This document shows positions 25,141-35,443 of a stretch of 64,000 nt of DNA, one piece after another. The notes below the pieces were generated by a model. The model searched no databases, was not told the DNA's origin, and was given only the letters and a program-made list of their open reading frames with translations. The stretch covers positions 28,679-92,678 of the forward strand of contig CAZVYX010000018.1 of assembly GCA_964631725.1 (NCBI GenBank), given 5' to 3'. This DNA comes from an uncultured Rhodospirillaceae bacterium (GTDB lineage: Bacteria > Pseudomonadota > Alphaproteobacteria > GCA-2731375). The first letter of the stretch is position 1. Each line of letters starts with the position of its first letter. The position numbers and the translations under genes were made by a program.

Positions 25141-26109
25141 ATGGCCGACAGCGACCTTTCAGCATCCCCAAAATCAATGCGGCTGCGCCATCCGGAAAAG
25201 CGCAATCGCCCGGATAGTCCGCCGCGCCGCAAGCCGCCGTGGATCCGCGTCAAGGCGCCCAGCGGAAGCACCTATTTCGAAACCCGCAATCTGATGCGGG
25301 AGAACAACCTGCATACGGTCTGCGAGGAGGCCGCCTGCCCCAATATCGGCGAATGCTGGGGCAAGCGCCACGCCACGATGATGATCATGGGCGATACCTG
25401 CACCCGGGCCTGCGCGTTTTGTAACGTCAAGACGGGCCGGCCGGGGCAACTGGACCCAGACGAGCCGGAAAACGTCGCCAAGGCGGTGAAAACCCTCGGT
25501 TTGCGCCATGTCGTCATCACTTCCGTTGATCGGGACGATCTGGCGGACGGCGGGGCCGAACATTTCGCCCAGGTGATCGGTCGGGTGCGGGCCCTGGCGC
25601 CCGACACCACGATCGAGGTTCTGACCCCGGATTTTCTCGGCAAGGAAGGCGCGCTGGAGGTTGTCGTGGCGGCCCGCCCGGATGTCTTCAATCATAATCT
25701 GGAGACGGTGCCCGGCCTCTACCCCCAGGTGCGCCCCGGCGCGCGCTATTTCAGCTCATTGCAACTGCTGGCCAGGGCCAAGGAGCAGGACCCGAACGTT
25801 TTCACCAAGTCCGGCATCATGGTGGGGCTGGGCGAGGAGCGGCAGGCGGTGCATCAGGTGATGGACGACCTGCGCGCGGCGGAGGTTGATTTCCTGACCA
25901 TCGGGCAGTACCTGCAACCGACGCCGAAACATCATCCGGTCGCCGATTTCGTCACGCCGGAACAGTTCGCGGCGTACGAAACCGCGGCCCGGGGCAAGGG
26001 TTTTCTGTTGGTCGCGGCAACGCCCCTGACCCGGTCCTCCTACCATGCGGATAGTGATTTCGCCGAGCTGGCCCGCCGCCGGGCCGAAAATCACCAGGCC
26101 GCCGGCTAA
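25141..26109 (+). CDS. lipA: Lipoyl synthase
   Basis: [26 protein letters not shown]; start codon approximate. Confidence 0.97.
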   Translation: MADSDLSASPKSMRLRHPEKRNRPDSPPRRKPPWIRVKAPSGSTYFETRNLMRENNLHTVCEEAACPNIGECWGKRHATMMIMGDTCTRACAFCNVKTGRPGQLDPDEPENVAKAVKTLGLRHVVITSVDRDDLADGGAEHFAQVIGRVRALAPDTTIEVLTPDFLGKEGALEVVVAARPDVFNHNLETVPGLYPQVRPGARYFSSLQLLARAKEQDPNVFTKSGIMVGLGEERQAVHQVMDDLRAAEVDFLTIGQYLQPTPKHHPVADFVTPEQFAAYETAARGKGFLLVAATPLTRSSYHADSDFAELARRRAENHQAAG

Positions 26110-26591
26110 TGCCAACCCATGCGGAAAAGAAAGTCCTGCCCTATACGCCGGGGCAGATGTTCGATCTGGTGGCCGATATCGAACGCTATCCCGAGTTTCT
26201 GCCCTGGTGCGTTGCCTGCCGCATCACCAAGACCGAGGGAACGATCATCTGGGGCGATCTGATGGTCGGCTTCAAGGTCTTTCGCGAGAGATTCACCTCG
26301 AAAGTCACCCTGCATGCGCCCGGCCGCATCGATGTGGAATATATCGACGGCCCGTTCCGCTATCTGAACAACCATTGGCAGTTCAATCCCATGGATGACG
26401 GCCAAAGCACCGAAATCGATTTCTTCATCGACTTCGAATTCCGCTCCCGCATGTTGCAGGCGGTGGCCAGCACGGTGTTCAACGAGGCGGTGCGCCGCAT
26501 GGTCGGCGCCTTCGAAACCCGTGCCAATGTCGTCCACGGTAAAGCTTCCCTTGCGGCCGGGCCAAAGACAAAACTGTCCAAACCGGCCTGA
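26109..26591 (+). CDS. ratA: RatA/PasT/Coq10 START-domain protein
   Basis: LVADIERYPEFLPWC, GPFRYLNNHW; follows lipA. Confidence 0.92.
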   Translation: MPTHAEKKVLPYTPGQMFDLVADIERYPEFLPWCVACRITKTEGTIIWGDLMVGFKVFRERFTSKVTLHAPGRIDVEYIDGPFRYLNNHWQFNPMDDGQSTEIDFFIDFEFRSRMLQAVASTVFNEAVRRMVGAFETRANVVHGKASLAAGPKTKLSKPA

Positions 26592-26654
26592 ATTCCATCC
26601 GATTTGCCATATGTGATAGGATTGGCGAAAGCAATCCACATTGAAGGGTGCGTC

Positions 26655-28214
26655 ATGAGCAATGCCAGCGAAATTCAGGAAGCCGGACCAATTGCCGCCG
26701 TGGAAGGCGGTCAGATCGAAGGTTTGAGCGAGAACGGCGTCCATGCCTTCAAGAATATTCCCTTTGGCGCGGATACAGGCGGGGCCAACCGCTTTCGCCC
26801 GCCGCGGCCAGTAGCGCCGTGGCAGGGCGTTCGAGCCTGTTTGGATTTTGGTCCGCGGGCACCGCAGGACCCGAACCGCGTCGATCATCTGAAAGGCGGC
26901 GTTGAGACGCCCATGTCGGAGGATTGCCTGAACCTGAATGTCTGGCGGCCCAGTAACAGCAGCACCAACATGCCGGTGATGGTCTATATCCATGGCGGCG
27001 GGTTTTCCTACGGCAGCGCCAACCACATCGCCCATGACGGCGGCGTATTGGCGCGGCGCGGCGATATGGTGGTGGTCAGCATCAATTACCGCCTGGGCGT
27101 TCTGGGCCTGCTCTCGCACCCCTGTCTGCATGACCCCGACACGGGATATGACGGCAACTGGGGTTTTCTCGACCAGATCGCCGCCCTGAAATGGATCAAC
27201 CGTAATATTTCGGAATTCGGCGGCGATCCGGACAATGTCACCATCGTCGGCCTGTCGGCGGGCGGCGGCAGCGTCGGCGCCTTGTGCATCTGTCCTGAAG
27301 CCCGGCCGCTATTTCGCCGCGCCGTGGTGCAAAGCTCATCGCCCCTGCCGACGCCCCGTTCGGACCATGACGCGGCGGCGGCCACCCTGCTCGACGAACT
27401 TGGCATCGAGGCTGACCTGGCGGCGCTACAGGCGGTCGACGGTGAGGCGATCCAGGCGGCACAGCCGGCCTGGATGGTGAAGCTGCAGAACGGCCGCACC
27501 GCGCCCCGGCCCATGGTCGATGGCGAGCTGCTGCCCTATTGGCCCGACGAGGCCATGGCGGCGGGCCTTATGGATGGCCTGGACCTGTGGGTCAGCCATA
27601 CCCGGGACGAGGCGACGGTGTTCGCCACGAACATGGCGCCCGACGCCATTCCCAAAGACGACGAACATCTACGCGGCATTCTGGCCAAGGCCGGCCTGGA
27701 CGGCGATGCCTTGATCCCCGCCTACCGCGCCGCCCGCCGGGCCAGGGGCGAGGCCGATGATACCTGGGCCTTGTGGATTGCCATGTATACGGACCGGCTG
27801 ATCCGGGTGCCGTCCATCGACTTCCTGGCGGGTCACGCCAAGCGCGGCAATAGCGCCTGGGCCTGCATGATCACCCGGGAATGCGACTGGGTGCCGCCCG
27901 TGCCCGGCGACAAGGCCCTGGGTGCGACGCACGTGATCGATCTGCCGTTTATGTTCGGCAGCCTGCACGCCACGCCCGAGTTGGAACGCCTGGCCGGCAG
28001 CGCGCCGGGCGCCGACGAATTGGCGGAGGTCATCCAGGACGCCTACATTGCCTTTGTCCACAACGGCAGCCCGGTGACGGAGAAACTCTCCGCCTGGCGG
28101 CCCTATGATGGGGAAAAACGTCCGACCATGCTGTTGGGCGACGACCTCGCCAGCGTCGACGACCCCATGGGAACGGAGCGGCGGTTGATGACGGAAGCCC
28201 TGGCGGGCGGATAA
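26655..28214 (+). CDS. Type-B carboxylesterase
   Basis: SEDCLNLNVW, HGGGF, GLSAG nucleophile elbow, RDE, GATH. Confidence 0.93.
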   Translation: MSNASEIQEAGPIAAVEGGQIEGLSENGVHAFKNIPFGADTGGANRFRPPRPVAPWQGVRACLDFGPRAPQDPNRVDHLKGGVETPMSEDCLNLNVWRPSNSSTNMPVMVYIHGGGFSYGSANHIAHDGGVLARRGDMVVVSINYRLGVLGLLSHPCLHDPDTGYDGNWGFLDQIAALKWINRNISEFGGDPDNVTIVGLSAGGGSVGALCICPEARPLFRRAVVQSSSPLPTPRSDHDAAAATLLDELGIEADLAALQAVDGEAIQAAQPAWMVKLQNGRTAPRPMVDGELLPYWPDEAMAAGLMDGLDLWVSHTRDEATVFATNMAPDAIPKDDEHLRGILAKAGLDGDALIPAYRAARRARGEADDTWALWIAMYTDRLIRVPSIDFLAGHAKRGNSAWACMITRECDWVPPVPGDKALGATHVIDLPFMFGSLHATPELERLAGSAPGADELAEVIQDAYIAFVHNGSPVTEKLSAWRPYDGEKRPTMLLGDDLASVDDPMGTERRLMTEALAGG

Positions 28215-28226
28215 AGGAACAAGACC

Positions 28227-28778
28227 ATGCCGCGACTGCCAATTCCCACCGACACGGAGGCGTTTTCGGACGCGACCAGGGCCGCTATCCGCCACGTTTT
28301 GCAAACGCGCAACAGTTCACCGCCACCGAGCAGCTATCTCACATATGCCGGTCAGGCTGGGGCCTTGCTTTCTGATCTGGTCGAGCATTTGCGCTACCGC
28401 ACCTCGTTGAGCGATGCGGAGACGGAACTGGCGATCTGTACCGCCGCACGGGCCGCCAATGCCGATTACATCTGGAACGCCCACGTCAGACTGGGCCTGA
28501 AAGCCGGCACCCGCGAGGAAGCGATCAACGCCATCGATACGCACGGGCCGCTGGACGGCCTGACCGCGGACGAAGCCTTGATCATCGGTTTCGGGCGGGA
28601 ACTGCTCGAGGCGCCACGGGTCAGCGATCAAACCTTCGATGCCGTGCGGGCGAGATACGGCGAGAACGGCCTGATGGAGCTAACGGCCGTGATGAGCGTC
28701 TATATGATGAACGCGTCTATCCTGCGGGTGATGGACCACCGACCGGCGGCGGAAGCACGGCATCTAACGCCGCGCTAG
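28227..28778 (+). CDS. Carboxymuconolactone decarboxylase/AhpD-like protein
   Basis: ELAIC...YIWNAH...G, VSDQTFD, GLMELT pattern. Confidence 0.8.
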   Translation: MPRLPIPTDTEAFSDATRAAIRHVLQTRNSSPPPSSYLTYAGQAGALLSDLVEHLRYRTSLSDAETELAICTAARAANADYIWNAHVRLGLKAGTREEAINAIDTHGPLDGLTADEALIIGFGRELLEAPRVSDQTFDAVRARYGENGLMELTAVMSVYMMNASILRVMDHRPAAEARHLTPR

Positions 28779-28804
28779 CGCCAAAGACGAACTATTTGGC
28801 AGCC

Positions 28805-31800
28805 TTACCAGGCATCCACCATGGCGCGCTTCTTGCCGTCGCGACCTGCCGGCGGGCGGACCGAGGCGAGCAAGGTGGCGAGCCAGCGGCGGGTGTCCGC
28901 CGGGTCAATGGTATCGTCGATACCAAACGAGGTGGAACGCTGCAGGGCCTTGCCGTCTTCATAGGCTTCCGCGACCATTCTCTCGTAATACTCACGCCGC
29001 GCCTCCGGGTCCTCAAGGGCTTCAAGTTCGGCGCGATAGCCCAGCTTGACCTGACCTTCCAGACCCATCGGTCCGAATTCACCGGTCGGCCAGGACACCG
29101 AAAAATAGGGCGCCCGGAAATTGCCCCCCGCCATGCCGATGCCGCCCAGGCCATAGGCCTTGCGCAGCACCACCGTGAAATAGGGCACGGACATATTGCA
29201 GCCGACCAGGAACATGCGCGAAGAATGGCGCACGAGGGCGGTCTTCTCCACCTCCGGTCCGACCATGATGCCCGGCGTGTCGCAGAGATATAGCAGGGGA
29301 ATATCGAAGGCGTCGCAAAGCTGCATGAAACGCGCCGCCTTGTCGGAGCCATCGCTGTCGATGGCACCGCCCAGATGCTGGGGATCGTTGGCGATGATGC
29401 CGACGGGCCGGCCCTCGACCCGTACCAGAGTGGTGATCATGGTCTGTCCGAAGGCCTGGCGCAGTTCCAACACGGAATCAACGTCGGCCAGGGTTTCGAT
29501 CACCTGGCGTACCTCGTACACCCGCAACCGGTTCTCCGGCACGATGGCGCGCATTTGCCGCTGATCCGGTTCTTTCCATTTCGTCACACGGCCCTGGAAA
29601 TAAGACAGATATTTCTTTGCCGCCGCGACGGCTTCAGCCTCGTCGGCAACCGCGATATCAACCACGCCGCTGGCCGTCTGTACCGACAGCGGCCCGATTT
29701 CCTCCGGCGCGAAAACGCCCAGGCCGCCGCCTTCGATCATCGCCGGCCCGCCCATGCCGATATTGGCGTCTTCGGTGGCAATGATGACATCGCAACAGCC
29801 CAGCAAGGCCGCATTGCCGGCAAAGCAGCGGCCGGAAACGATGGAGACCATGGGCACCAGGCCCGAAAGCTGGCCGAAATGATGGAAGGTGTTCTGGCCG
29901 ACAAAACCACCATAGTCGGTATCGCCGGGACGGCCGCCACCGCCTTCGGCAAACAAAATGAATGGCAGGCGCCCCTGCTGTGAAATATCGATAATCCGAT
30001 CGGTCTTCCAATGGTTATGCACCCCTTGGGTGCCGGCGAACACCGTGTAGTCATAGGCCATGACGGCGGCCTGGCTTGCCGGATCATCGAATAGATCGCC
30101 ATTGACGCTGCCAACGCCGGTGATCAGGCCATCGGCCGGACTGCGGGTCAGCAGATCCTCCAAGCCACGGCGCTGGCGCTGGGCGGCAACCACCAGGGGG
30201 CCGTATTCGACGAAACTGTCCGTATCGACCAGATCCTCGACATTCTCGCGCACCGTTCGCTGATTGGTTTTGCGCCGCCGCGCCACCGCATCGGGACGTT
30301 TGTCATCAGTGGTCAGGGCGCGGCGGTCCAATACTTCGCGAAGATCGCCGCGAATGGCGTCCAAATCGACCTCCTCGACCGTGCTTTCCGCTTCGCCGAG
30401 GCCTTCGTCGGGCTCCAGGGTCATCAGCAACTGATCTTCCCACAGGGTATCGCCCGGCTCCACATGCAGGGCCCGTACAGTGCCCCCGGCCTCGGCGGCA
30501 ATGACATGTTCCATCTTCATGGCTTCGATCACCGCCAGTTGTCCACCACGGGCCACCGCGCTGCCTTCCGCCACCTCGAGCGAGACCACCGTCCCTTGCA
30601 TTGGCACGCGCACCGCCAACATGCCCTCGGCCAGGGCTGCTTCCGCCTCCCGCTGGCCGCTCGGCCCCTGACGATCGGCCTGGCCATAGGCCAATACCGC
30701 CAGGGGATCGCCGGCATCGACCTTGGCCCCGGCGCGGCCGGCATGGGCGGGAAGCGCATCGGCCTCCGTCGTTGGCGCGAAATAGAGATGCGGGTGCGCC
30801 GCGCCGGCTGCTGAAAGCAGCACCGCCGCCTGGGCCTCGACGAAACCGGTATCGACCGCGCCGCCGCGTACCGCGTCGTCACGCACCAACGCCTGCAGAA
30901 AGGACAAGTTGGTTGGCAGGCCGGCGATGTGGAATTCGCACAATGCGCGGTAGCCCTTGTTCATGATGTCGCCCAGGCGGCCCGAGCCGGTATGCACGAT
31001 CAACTTGGCCAGCAATGGGTCATAGGCCGGGGATGTCCGGTAACCCACATAGCCGTAGCTGTCGACCCGAATGCCGCGACCGGACGGTGCCTCAAAGGCG
31101 GTGATGATGCCGCCGCCGGGCTTGGCTTCGCCATCCGCGCCCATGGTTTCGGTGTTGATGCGCAATTGCATGGCAATGCCGCGCGGCGCCGGTACGTTGT
31201 CGCGGCCAAGGCCCAGTTCATCCAGGCTCTGGCCGCCGGCCAATTGCAACTGCAGTTCCACCAGGTTCAAGCCGGTGATTTCCTCCGTTACCGTATGTTC
31301 GACCTGCAGGCGGGGATTGGCCTCGATGAAGAAGAACTCGCCGCTGTCGCCGTCGACGAGAAATTCCACCGTGCCCAGATTGAGGTAATCCGCCGCCCCG
31401 CCCAGGCGCAGGGCGGCGTCGATCAATTGATCACGCAATGCGGGCTCCAGTCCGGGCGCCGGTGCGATTTCGACGACCTTCTGGCGGCGGCGCTGCAGGG
31501 AACAGTCGCGCTCCCACAAATGCGAGACCTCCGTGCCATCGCCCATGATCTGAATTTCGATATGGCGGGCCCGGCGGACCAGGCGTTCGACAAAAAGATC
31601 GCCGTTGCCAAAACCGGCCGCGGCTTCCGAACTGGCGCGGGTGAAGGCTTCTTCAAGTTCGCCATCACTGAGCACCGGACGCATGCCCCGGCCGCCGCCG
31701 CCCGCCACCGCCTTTACCATCACCGCGCCGCCCGGTCCAAGATCGGCCAGAAAGGCGCGCGCATCTTCCAAACTGCTCGGCGCCGCCGTGCCCGGCAGCA

Positions 31801-32188
31801 CCGGCACGCCTTGTTCGACGGCCAATTGCCGCGCCACATCCTTGTCGCCAAATAGCGCCAGGGTTTCCGGCGCCGGGCCGACAAAGATCAACCCGGCAGC
31901 AGCACAGGCGCGGGCAAAATCGGGATTTTCCGATAGAAATCCATAACCTGGATGCACCGCCGTCGCGCCGCTCTCCCTGGCGGCAGCGATAATGGCATCA
32001 CCGTCGAGATACGCCGCGACCCCGCGCCCCGGCAGAAGGCAGGCCTGATTGGCCTTGCGGGTATGCAGGCTGGCGGCGTCATCTTCGGGATATACAGCAA
32101 CGGTCGGCAGATCCAGTTCGGCGGCGGCGCGGCAGATGCGCGTGGCGATCTCGCCGCGATTGGCGACAAGGAGTTTTCCAGTAATCAT
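28805..32188 (-). CDS. Single-chain acyl-CoA carboxylase (biotin carboxylase-BCCP-carboxyltransferase, LCC type)
   Basis: ANRGEIA, HPGYGFLSEN, GGGGRG, RLQVEH; biotin site EAMKM; C-terminal CT domain (GGGGRPGD, DTPG). Confidence 0.93.
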   Translation of the reverse strand: MITGKLLVANRGEIATRICRAAAELDLPTVAVYPEDDAASLHTRKANQACLLPGRGVAAYLDGDAIIAAARESGATAVHPGYGFLSENPDFARACAAAGLIFVGPAPETLALFGDKDVARQLAVEQGVPVLPGTAAPSSLEDARAFLADLGPGGAVMVKAVAGGGGRGMRPVLSDGELEEAFTRASSEAAAGFGNGDLFVERLVRRARHIEIQIMGDGTEVSHLWERDCSLQRRRQKVVEIAPAPGLEPALRDQLIDAALRLGGAADYLNLGTVEFLVDGDSGEFFFIEANPRLQVEHTVTEEITGLNLVELQLQLAGGQSLDELGLGRDNVPAPRGIAMQLRINTETMGADGEAKPGGGIITAFEAPSGRGIRVDSYGYVGYRTSPAYDPLLAKLIVHTGSGRLGDIMNKGYRALCEFHIAGLPTNLSFLQALVRDDAVRGGAVDTGFVEAQAAVLLSAAGAAHPHLYFAPTTEADALPAHAGRAGAKVDAGDPLAVLAYGQADRQGPSGQREAEAALAEGMLAVRVPMQGTVVSLEVAEGSAVARGGQLAVIEAMKMEHVIAAEAGGTVRALHVEPGDTLWEDQLLMTLEPDEGLGEAESTVEEVDLDAIRGDLREVLDRRALTTDDKRPDAVARRRKTNQRTVRENVEDLVDTDSFVEYGPLVVAAQRQRRGLEDLLTRSPADGLITGVGSVNGDLFDDPASQAAVMAYDYTVFAGTQGVHNHWKTDRIIDISQQGRLPFILFAEGGGGRPGDTDYGGFVGQNTFHHFGQLSGLVPMVSIVSGRCFAGNAALLGCCDVIIATEDANIGMGGPAMIEGGGLGVFAPEEIGPLSVQTASGVVDIAVADEAEAVAAAKKYLSYFQGRVTKWKEPDQRQMRAIVPENRLRVYEVRQVIETLADVDSVLELRQAFGQTMITTLVRVEGRPVGIIANDPQHLGGAIDSDGSDKAARFMQLCDAFDIPLLYLCDTPGIMVGPEVEKTALVRHSSRMFLVGCNMSVPYFTVVLRKAYGLGGIGMAGGNFRAPYFSVSWPTGEFGPMGLEGQVKLGYRAELEALEDPEARREYYERMVAEAYEDGKALQRSTSFGIDDTIDPADTRRWLATLLASVRPPAGRDGKKRAMVDAW

Positions 32189-32278
32189 GATGGCTATACT
32201 ACGCTCGTTGTTCAGGCAGGACCGGCGGGACCGGTTAAGGACACCCTAAACTTATTGCGCCCCGCCGCCGGCATCAAT

Positions 32279-32310
32279 GAACAAGTTAGGCTGGGAACAA
32301 GTTAGGCTGG
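32279..32310. repeat. Perfect 16-bp tandem duplication GAACAAGTTAGGCTGG x2 spanning the nthB stop
   Basis: Copies at 32279-32294 and 32295-32310. Confidence 0.9.
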
Positions 32311-32976
32311 CGCGGCTTCCAGGTGGCCGTCCCACAGGTCAACATTGACGCGGTCGGCGGCGGCGGCATCCGGGCCCCACAACTCCCGGGCCGGGAAACA
32401 GACGCTGTAGACATGCTGGCCCACGCGATGGCCGGGGCCCTTGGCGTTCTCGTCGGCGAAGACAAAGACGCCGTGATCACGCTCCACGACGCCGCATTTG
32501 CCCCGCACATAGCGCGGCGCGCGGGTGTGATGGGTGGGATTATGGTTCATGACCCGCACCTGGTCACCGACGGCGAATTCAGCCGGGATATCATCCTCCA
32601 CGGTAAAGTTATCACCCCGGCTCAACACCGCCTGAACCGCATCGGCTTGCAACACCCGTTGCGCCAGATCATCGGGCAGCGGGGCGGCCGATTTACCGTT
32701 GGCGATCTCATCTGCTGTAACCAGACCGGCCTGCAGCAACAGCTTTTCCAGGCCCACCAGCCAGGTCTGATAGTAGCTGTTGGCGAGATATTCAGCCGGC
32801 GGCTGGCTTTCGCGGACATGGCGGGAAATATCGATGTTCCATTTACCCATGGCGCCGGCGGCCAGGGTCAGGGCCAGAACGCGGCGCTCCCAATCGTGAT
32901 GGAAAACCGGCTCGTCGATTTCGGCATCGATGGGGCCGAGGCCGTGCATGCCGCCCATGTCGTGCGCGCCATTCAT
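32302..32976 (-). CDS. nthB: Nitrile hydratase beta subunit
   Basis: [31 protein letters not shown]. Confidence 0.95.
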   Translation of the reverse strand: MNGAHDMGGMHGLGPIDAEIDEPVFHHDWERRVLALTLAAGAMGKWNIDISRHVRESQPPAEYLANSYYQTWLVGLEKLLLQAGLVTADEIANGKSAAPLPDDLAQRVLQADAVQAVLSRGDNFTVEDDIPAEFAVGDQVRVMNHNPTHHTRAPRYVRGKCGVVERDHGVFVFADENAKGPGHRVGQHVYSVCFPARELWGPDAAAADRVNVDLWDGHLEAAPA

Positions 32977-33617
32977 GATGCGGCTCCGCCATTGGGTGCC
33001 GCAACCTTTTCGACGCCGATCATGGTGTTGCGGCCCACCAGGCCGGCCAGTTGCTCCTGGTCCATTCCCTCGGTGCCCTCCGGCCGTTCGGGCAGAACCA
33101 GATAGCGCAGCTCCGCCGTGCTGTCCCAAACGCGAACCGCTACGTCGTCGCCGACCTCGGTACCGAATTCACGCAACACGCCGCGCGGATCGATAACGGC
33201 GCGGGACCGATAAGGCGCGGATTTGTACCACGTCGGCGGCAAGCCCAGCACCGGCCAGGGATAGCAGGAGCACAAGGTGCAGACCACCAGGTTATGAACC
33301 TCGGACGTGTTCTCAACCACGTTCATATGCTCGCCCTGGCGGCCGTGATAGCCCATGTCGGCGATCGCGGCGGTGGCATCGCGCAGCAGCCAGGCCTTGT
33401 AGTCCGGCTCGCTCCAGGCGCGGGCCACGACGCGGGCGCCGTTCCGCGGCCCCACCTTGTGCTCGTAAGTCTGGATCAGCGCCTCCAGGGCATCGGCGTC
33501 GACCATGCCCTTTTCCAGCAGCAGGGATTCCAGGCTGCGCACGCGCAGGTCCGTGTCGCTCAGATGACTATGGTTCGGGTCGCTGTGATCGTGTCCGGAA
33601 TCTTGACCGTCGCTCAT
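32973..33617 (-). CDS. nthA: Nitrile hydratase alpha subunit, cobalt type
   Basis: VCTLCSCY cobalt-type metal motif, [17 protein letters not shown]. Confidence 0.97.
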   Translation of the reverse strand: MSDGQDSGHDHSDPNHSHLSDTDLRVRSLESLLLEKGMVDADALEALIQTYEHKVGPRNGARVVARAWSEPDYKAWLLRDATAAIADMGYHGRQGEHMNVVENTSEVHNLVVCTLCSCYPWPVLGLPPTWYKSAPYRSRAVIDPRGVLREFGTEVGDDVAVRVWDSTAELRYLVLPERPEGTEGMDQEQLAGLVGRNTMIGVEKVAAPNGGAAS

Positions 33618-33650
33618 TGCAGGAATCCCCCATTCCCAATATGCCGCAAA

Positions 33651-34412
33651 TCAGAGGCAGGACTTGACGATGGGCCAGAAGTCGGCTGCGGTCAAGGAAG
33701 CGCCGCCGACCAGGGCGCCGTTGACATTCTCCACCGCCATCAGTTCCTCGGCGTTCGATCCCTTGACCGAGCCGCCGTACAGCAGCCGCATCTTCACACC
33801 GTCGTCCTTGAAGCGGCGCTTCAAACGGGCCCGGATCGAGGCATGAACCTCCGCCACATCGGCCGCCGTCGGGGTCAGGCCGGTACCGATGGCCCAGACC
33901 GGCTCGTAAGCCACGACCGTGTTCCTGGCGGTGCAGCCCTTGGGCAGGCTGTCGGTCAATTGCTTGCCGATCACCGCCAGGGTCTGGCCCTTCTTGCGCT
34001 CCGCCCCGGTCTCGCCAATGCAGATGATGGCGCGCAGGCCGGCACGATGCGCGGCTTCGGCCTTGGCGCGGACTTCCTTGCTGCTTTCACCATGATCGGC
34101 CCGGCGTTCGGAGTGCCCGACAATGACATAGCCGCAGCCGGCATCGCCCAGCATCTCGGCCGAAATATCTCCCGTATGGGCGCCATTGGCGGCGGCGTGG
34201 CAATCCTGACCGCCCAGGGCAATCCGGCTGCCCTTCACCGCCTCACGCAGCGGCGCCAACAAGGGCGCCGGCGGGCAGAGCAGAACATCACAGCCCGGCC
34301 GCTTTTCCTTGCGCATGCGCGTCGCCAGTTTCTTGGCCTCCCGCAGGGCGGCTGATTTCAAGCCATTCATCTTCCAGTTACCGGCGATCAGCGGGCGTAC
34401 CTTGGCGGCCAT
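33651..34412 (-). CDS. tpiA: Triosephosphate isomerase
   Basis: [31 protein letters not shown]. Confidence 0.98.
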   Translation of the reverse strand: MAAKVRPLIAGNWKMNGLKSAALREAKKLATRMRKEKRPGCDVLLCPPAPLLAPLREAVKGSRIALGGQDCHAAANGAHTGDISAEMLGDAGCGYVIVGHSERRADHGESSKEVRAKAEAAHRAGLRAIICIGETGAERKKGQTLAVIGKQLTDSLPKGCTARNTVVAYEPVWAIGTGLTPTAADVAEVHASIRARLKRRFKDDGVKMRLLYGGSVKGSNAEELMAVENVNGALVGGASLTAADFWPIVKSCL

Positions 34413-34488
34413 ATTGTTGTTTCCTTTGTTGGGGCATCAGTGGGATAAGCAGATATCAGAGATTGGGCGATTGTAAAGTTTAGCGAAT

Positions 34489-35328
34489 ATGAAAACGACG
34501 AAAATTTCCGAAGACGCCATCACCGGGCATCTAAGCAGTCTTGAAAAAGACGGCTTCACGGTGCTGGAGAACATCATTCCCGACGATCTGCTGGCGGAAC
34601 TGAAAGCCGCCCTGGCCGAGATCGATCGGGAGCATGATTTCGGCTACCGCGATACCGCCTTCGAAGGCACCCGGACGACGCGGATCTACAATCTGCTGCA
34701 CTATCACCCGGCCTTCGCCAAGATACCCATCTTCGATGGCACCCTGCCCCTGATCGAGCGGATGCTGGACCCCGGCCTACAACTGTCTTCCCTGTCCGCC
34801 ATCTGTCCCGGACCGGGGCAAGTGCCGCAACCGCTGCATTCGGATAGCCAAATGATCCCCCTGCCCCGGCCGCACGTGCCCGTCGCGGTCAATTCCATGT
34901 GGGCGTTGAGCGATTTTACGGAAGAAAACGGCGCCACGCGGATCGTTCCGGGCAGCCACAACTTCGACCATGACCCGGACTATGACACCACCTACGAGAC
35001 CGTCTGCGCTGAAATGCCGGCGGGCAGCGTCCTGGTCTGGTATTCCACCCTGTGGCACGGCGGCGGCCACAACAAAAGCGATATGCGGCGTGACGGCATC
35101 GCCTGCTATTACTGCGCCGGCTGGATCCGGCAGCAGGAAAACCAGCAACTGGGCGTCGATATGGCGCGTCTGCGCAGCTTCCCCAGGCGCCTGCAGGAGC
35201 TATGCGGCTTTTCCGTCTACCGCGGCATCTACGGCCATATCGACAATCAGGACCCCATCGAACTGCTGGGCCGGACACGCACCGGCAAAATGGTCTGGCA
35301 GGCTTCCGACGAGGTGCGGAAACCCTAA
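34489..35328 (+). CDS. PhyH-family Fe(II)/2-oxoglutarate dioxygenase
   Basis: QPLHSD...WHGGGHN facial triad, NGATRIVPGSH. Confidence 0.9.
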   Translation: MKTTKISEDAITGHLSSLEKDGFTVLENIIPDDLLAELKAALAEIDREHDFGYRDTAFEGTRTTRIYNLLHYHPAFAKIPIFDGTLPLIERMLDPGLQLSSLSAICPGPGQVPQPLHSDSQMIPLPRPHVPVAVNSMWALSDFTEENGATRIVPGSHNFDHDPDYDTTYETVCAEMPAGSVLVWYSTLWHGGGHNKSDMRRDGIACYYCAGWIRQQENQQLGVDMARLRSFPRRLQELCGFSVYRGIYGHIDNQDPIELLGRTRTGKMVWQASDEVRKP

Positions 35329-35360
35329 AGCACGGCGGTGCCGGCATCACGTTATCGGCA

Positions 35361-35389
35361 CTTGCCCGAACGCGCCGTGGTTTCTATGA
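35361..35389 (+). promoter_or_regulatory. Putative sigma70 promoter of ppiD
   Basis: CTTGCC-N17-CTATGA, close to the alphaproteobacterial CTTGAC-N17-CTATAT consensus. Confidence 0.5.
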
Positions 35390-35443
35390 TGCCGCGCCCT
35401 TTCGCAGGCGAATTTGAACAACTGACGTGGACCGGAAAATAAT

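Noticed and set aside
26109-26591. ratA as a toxin-antitoxin system
   Set aside because: No RatB/PasI partner; the lipA-linked copy is the Coq10-like ubiquinone-binding protein.
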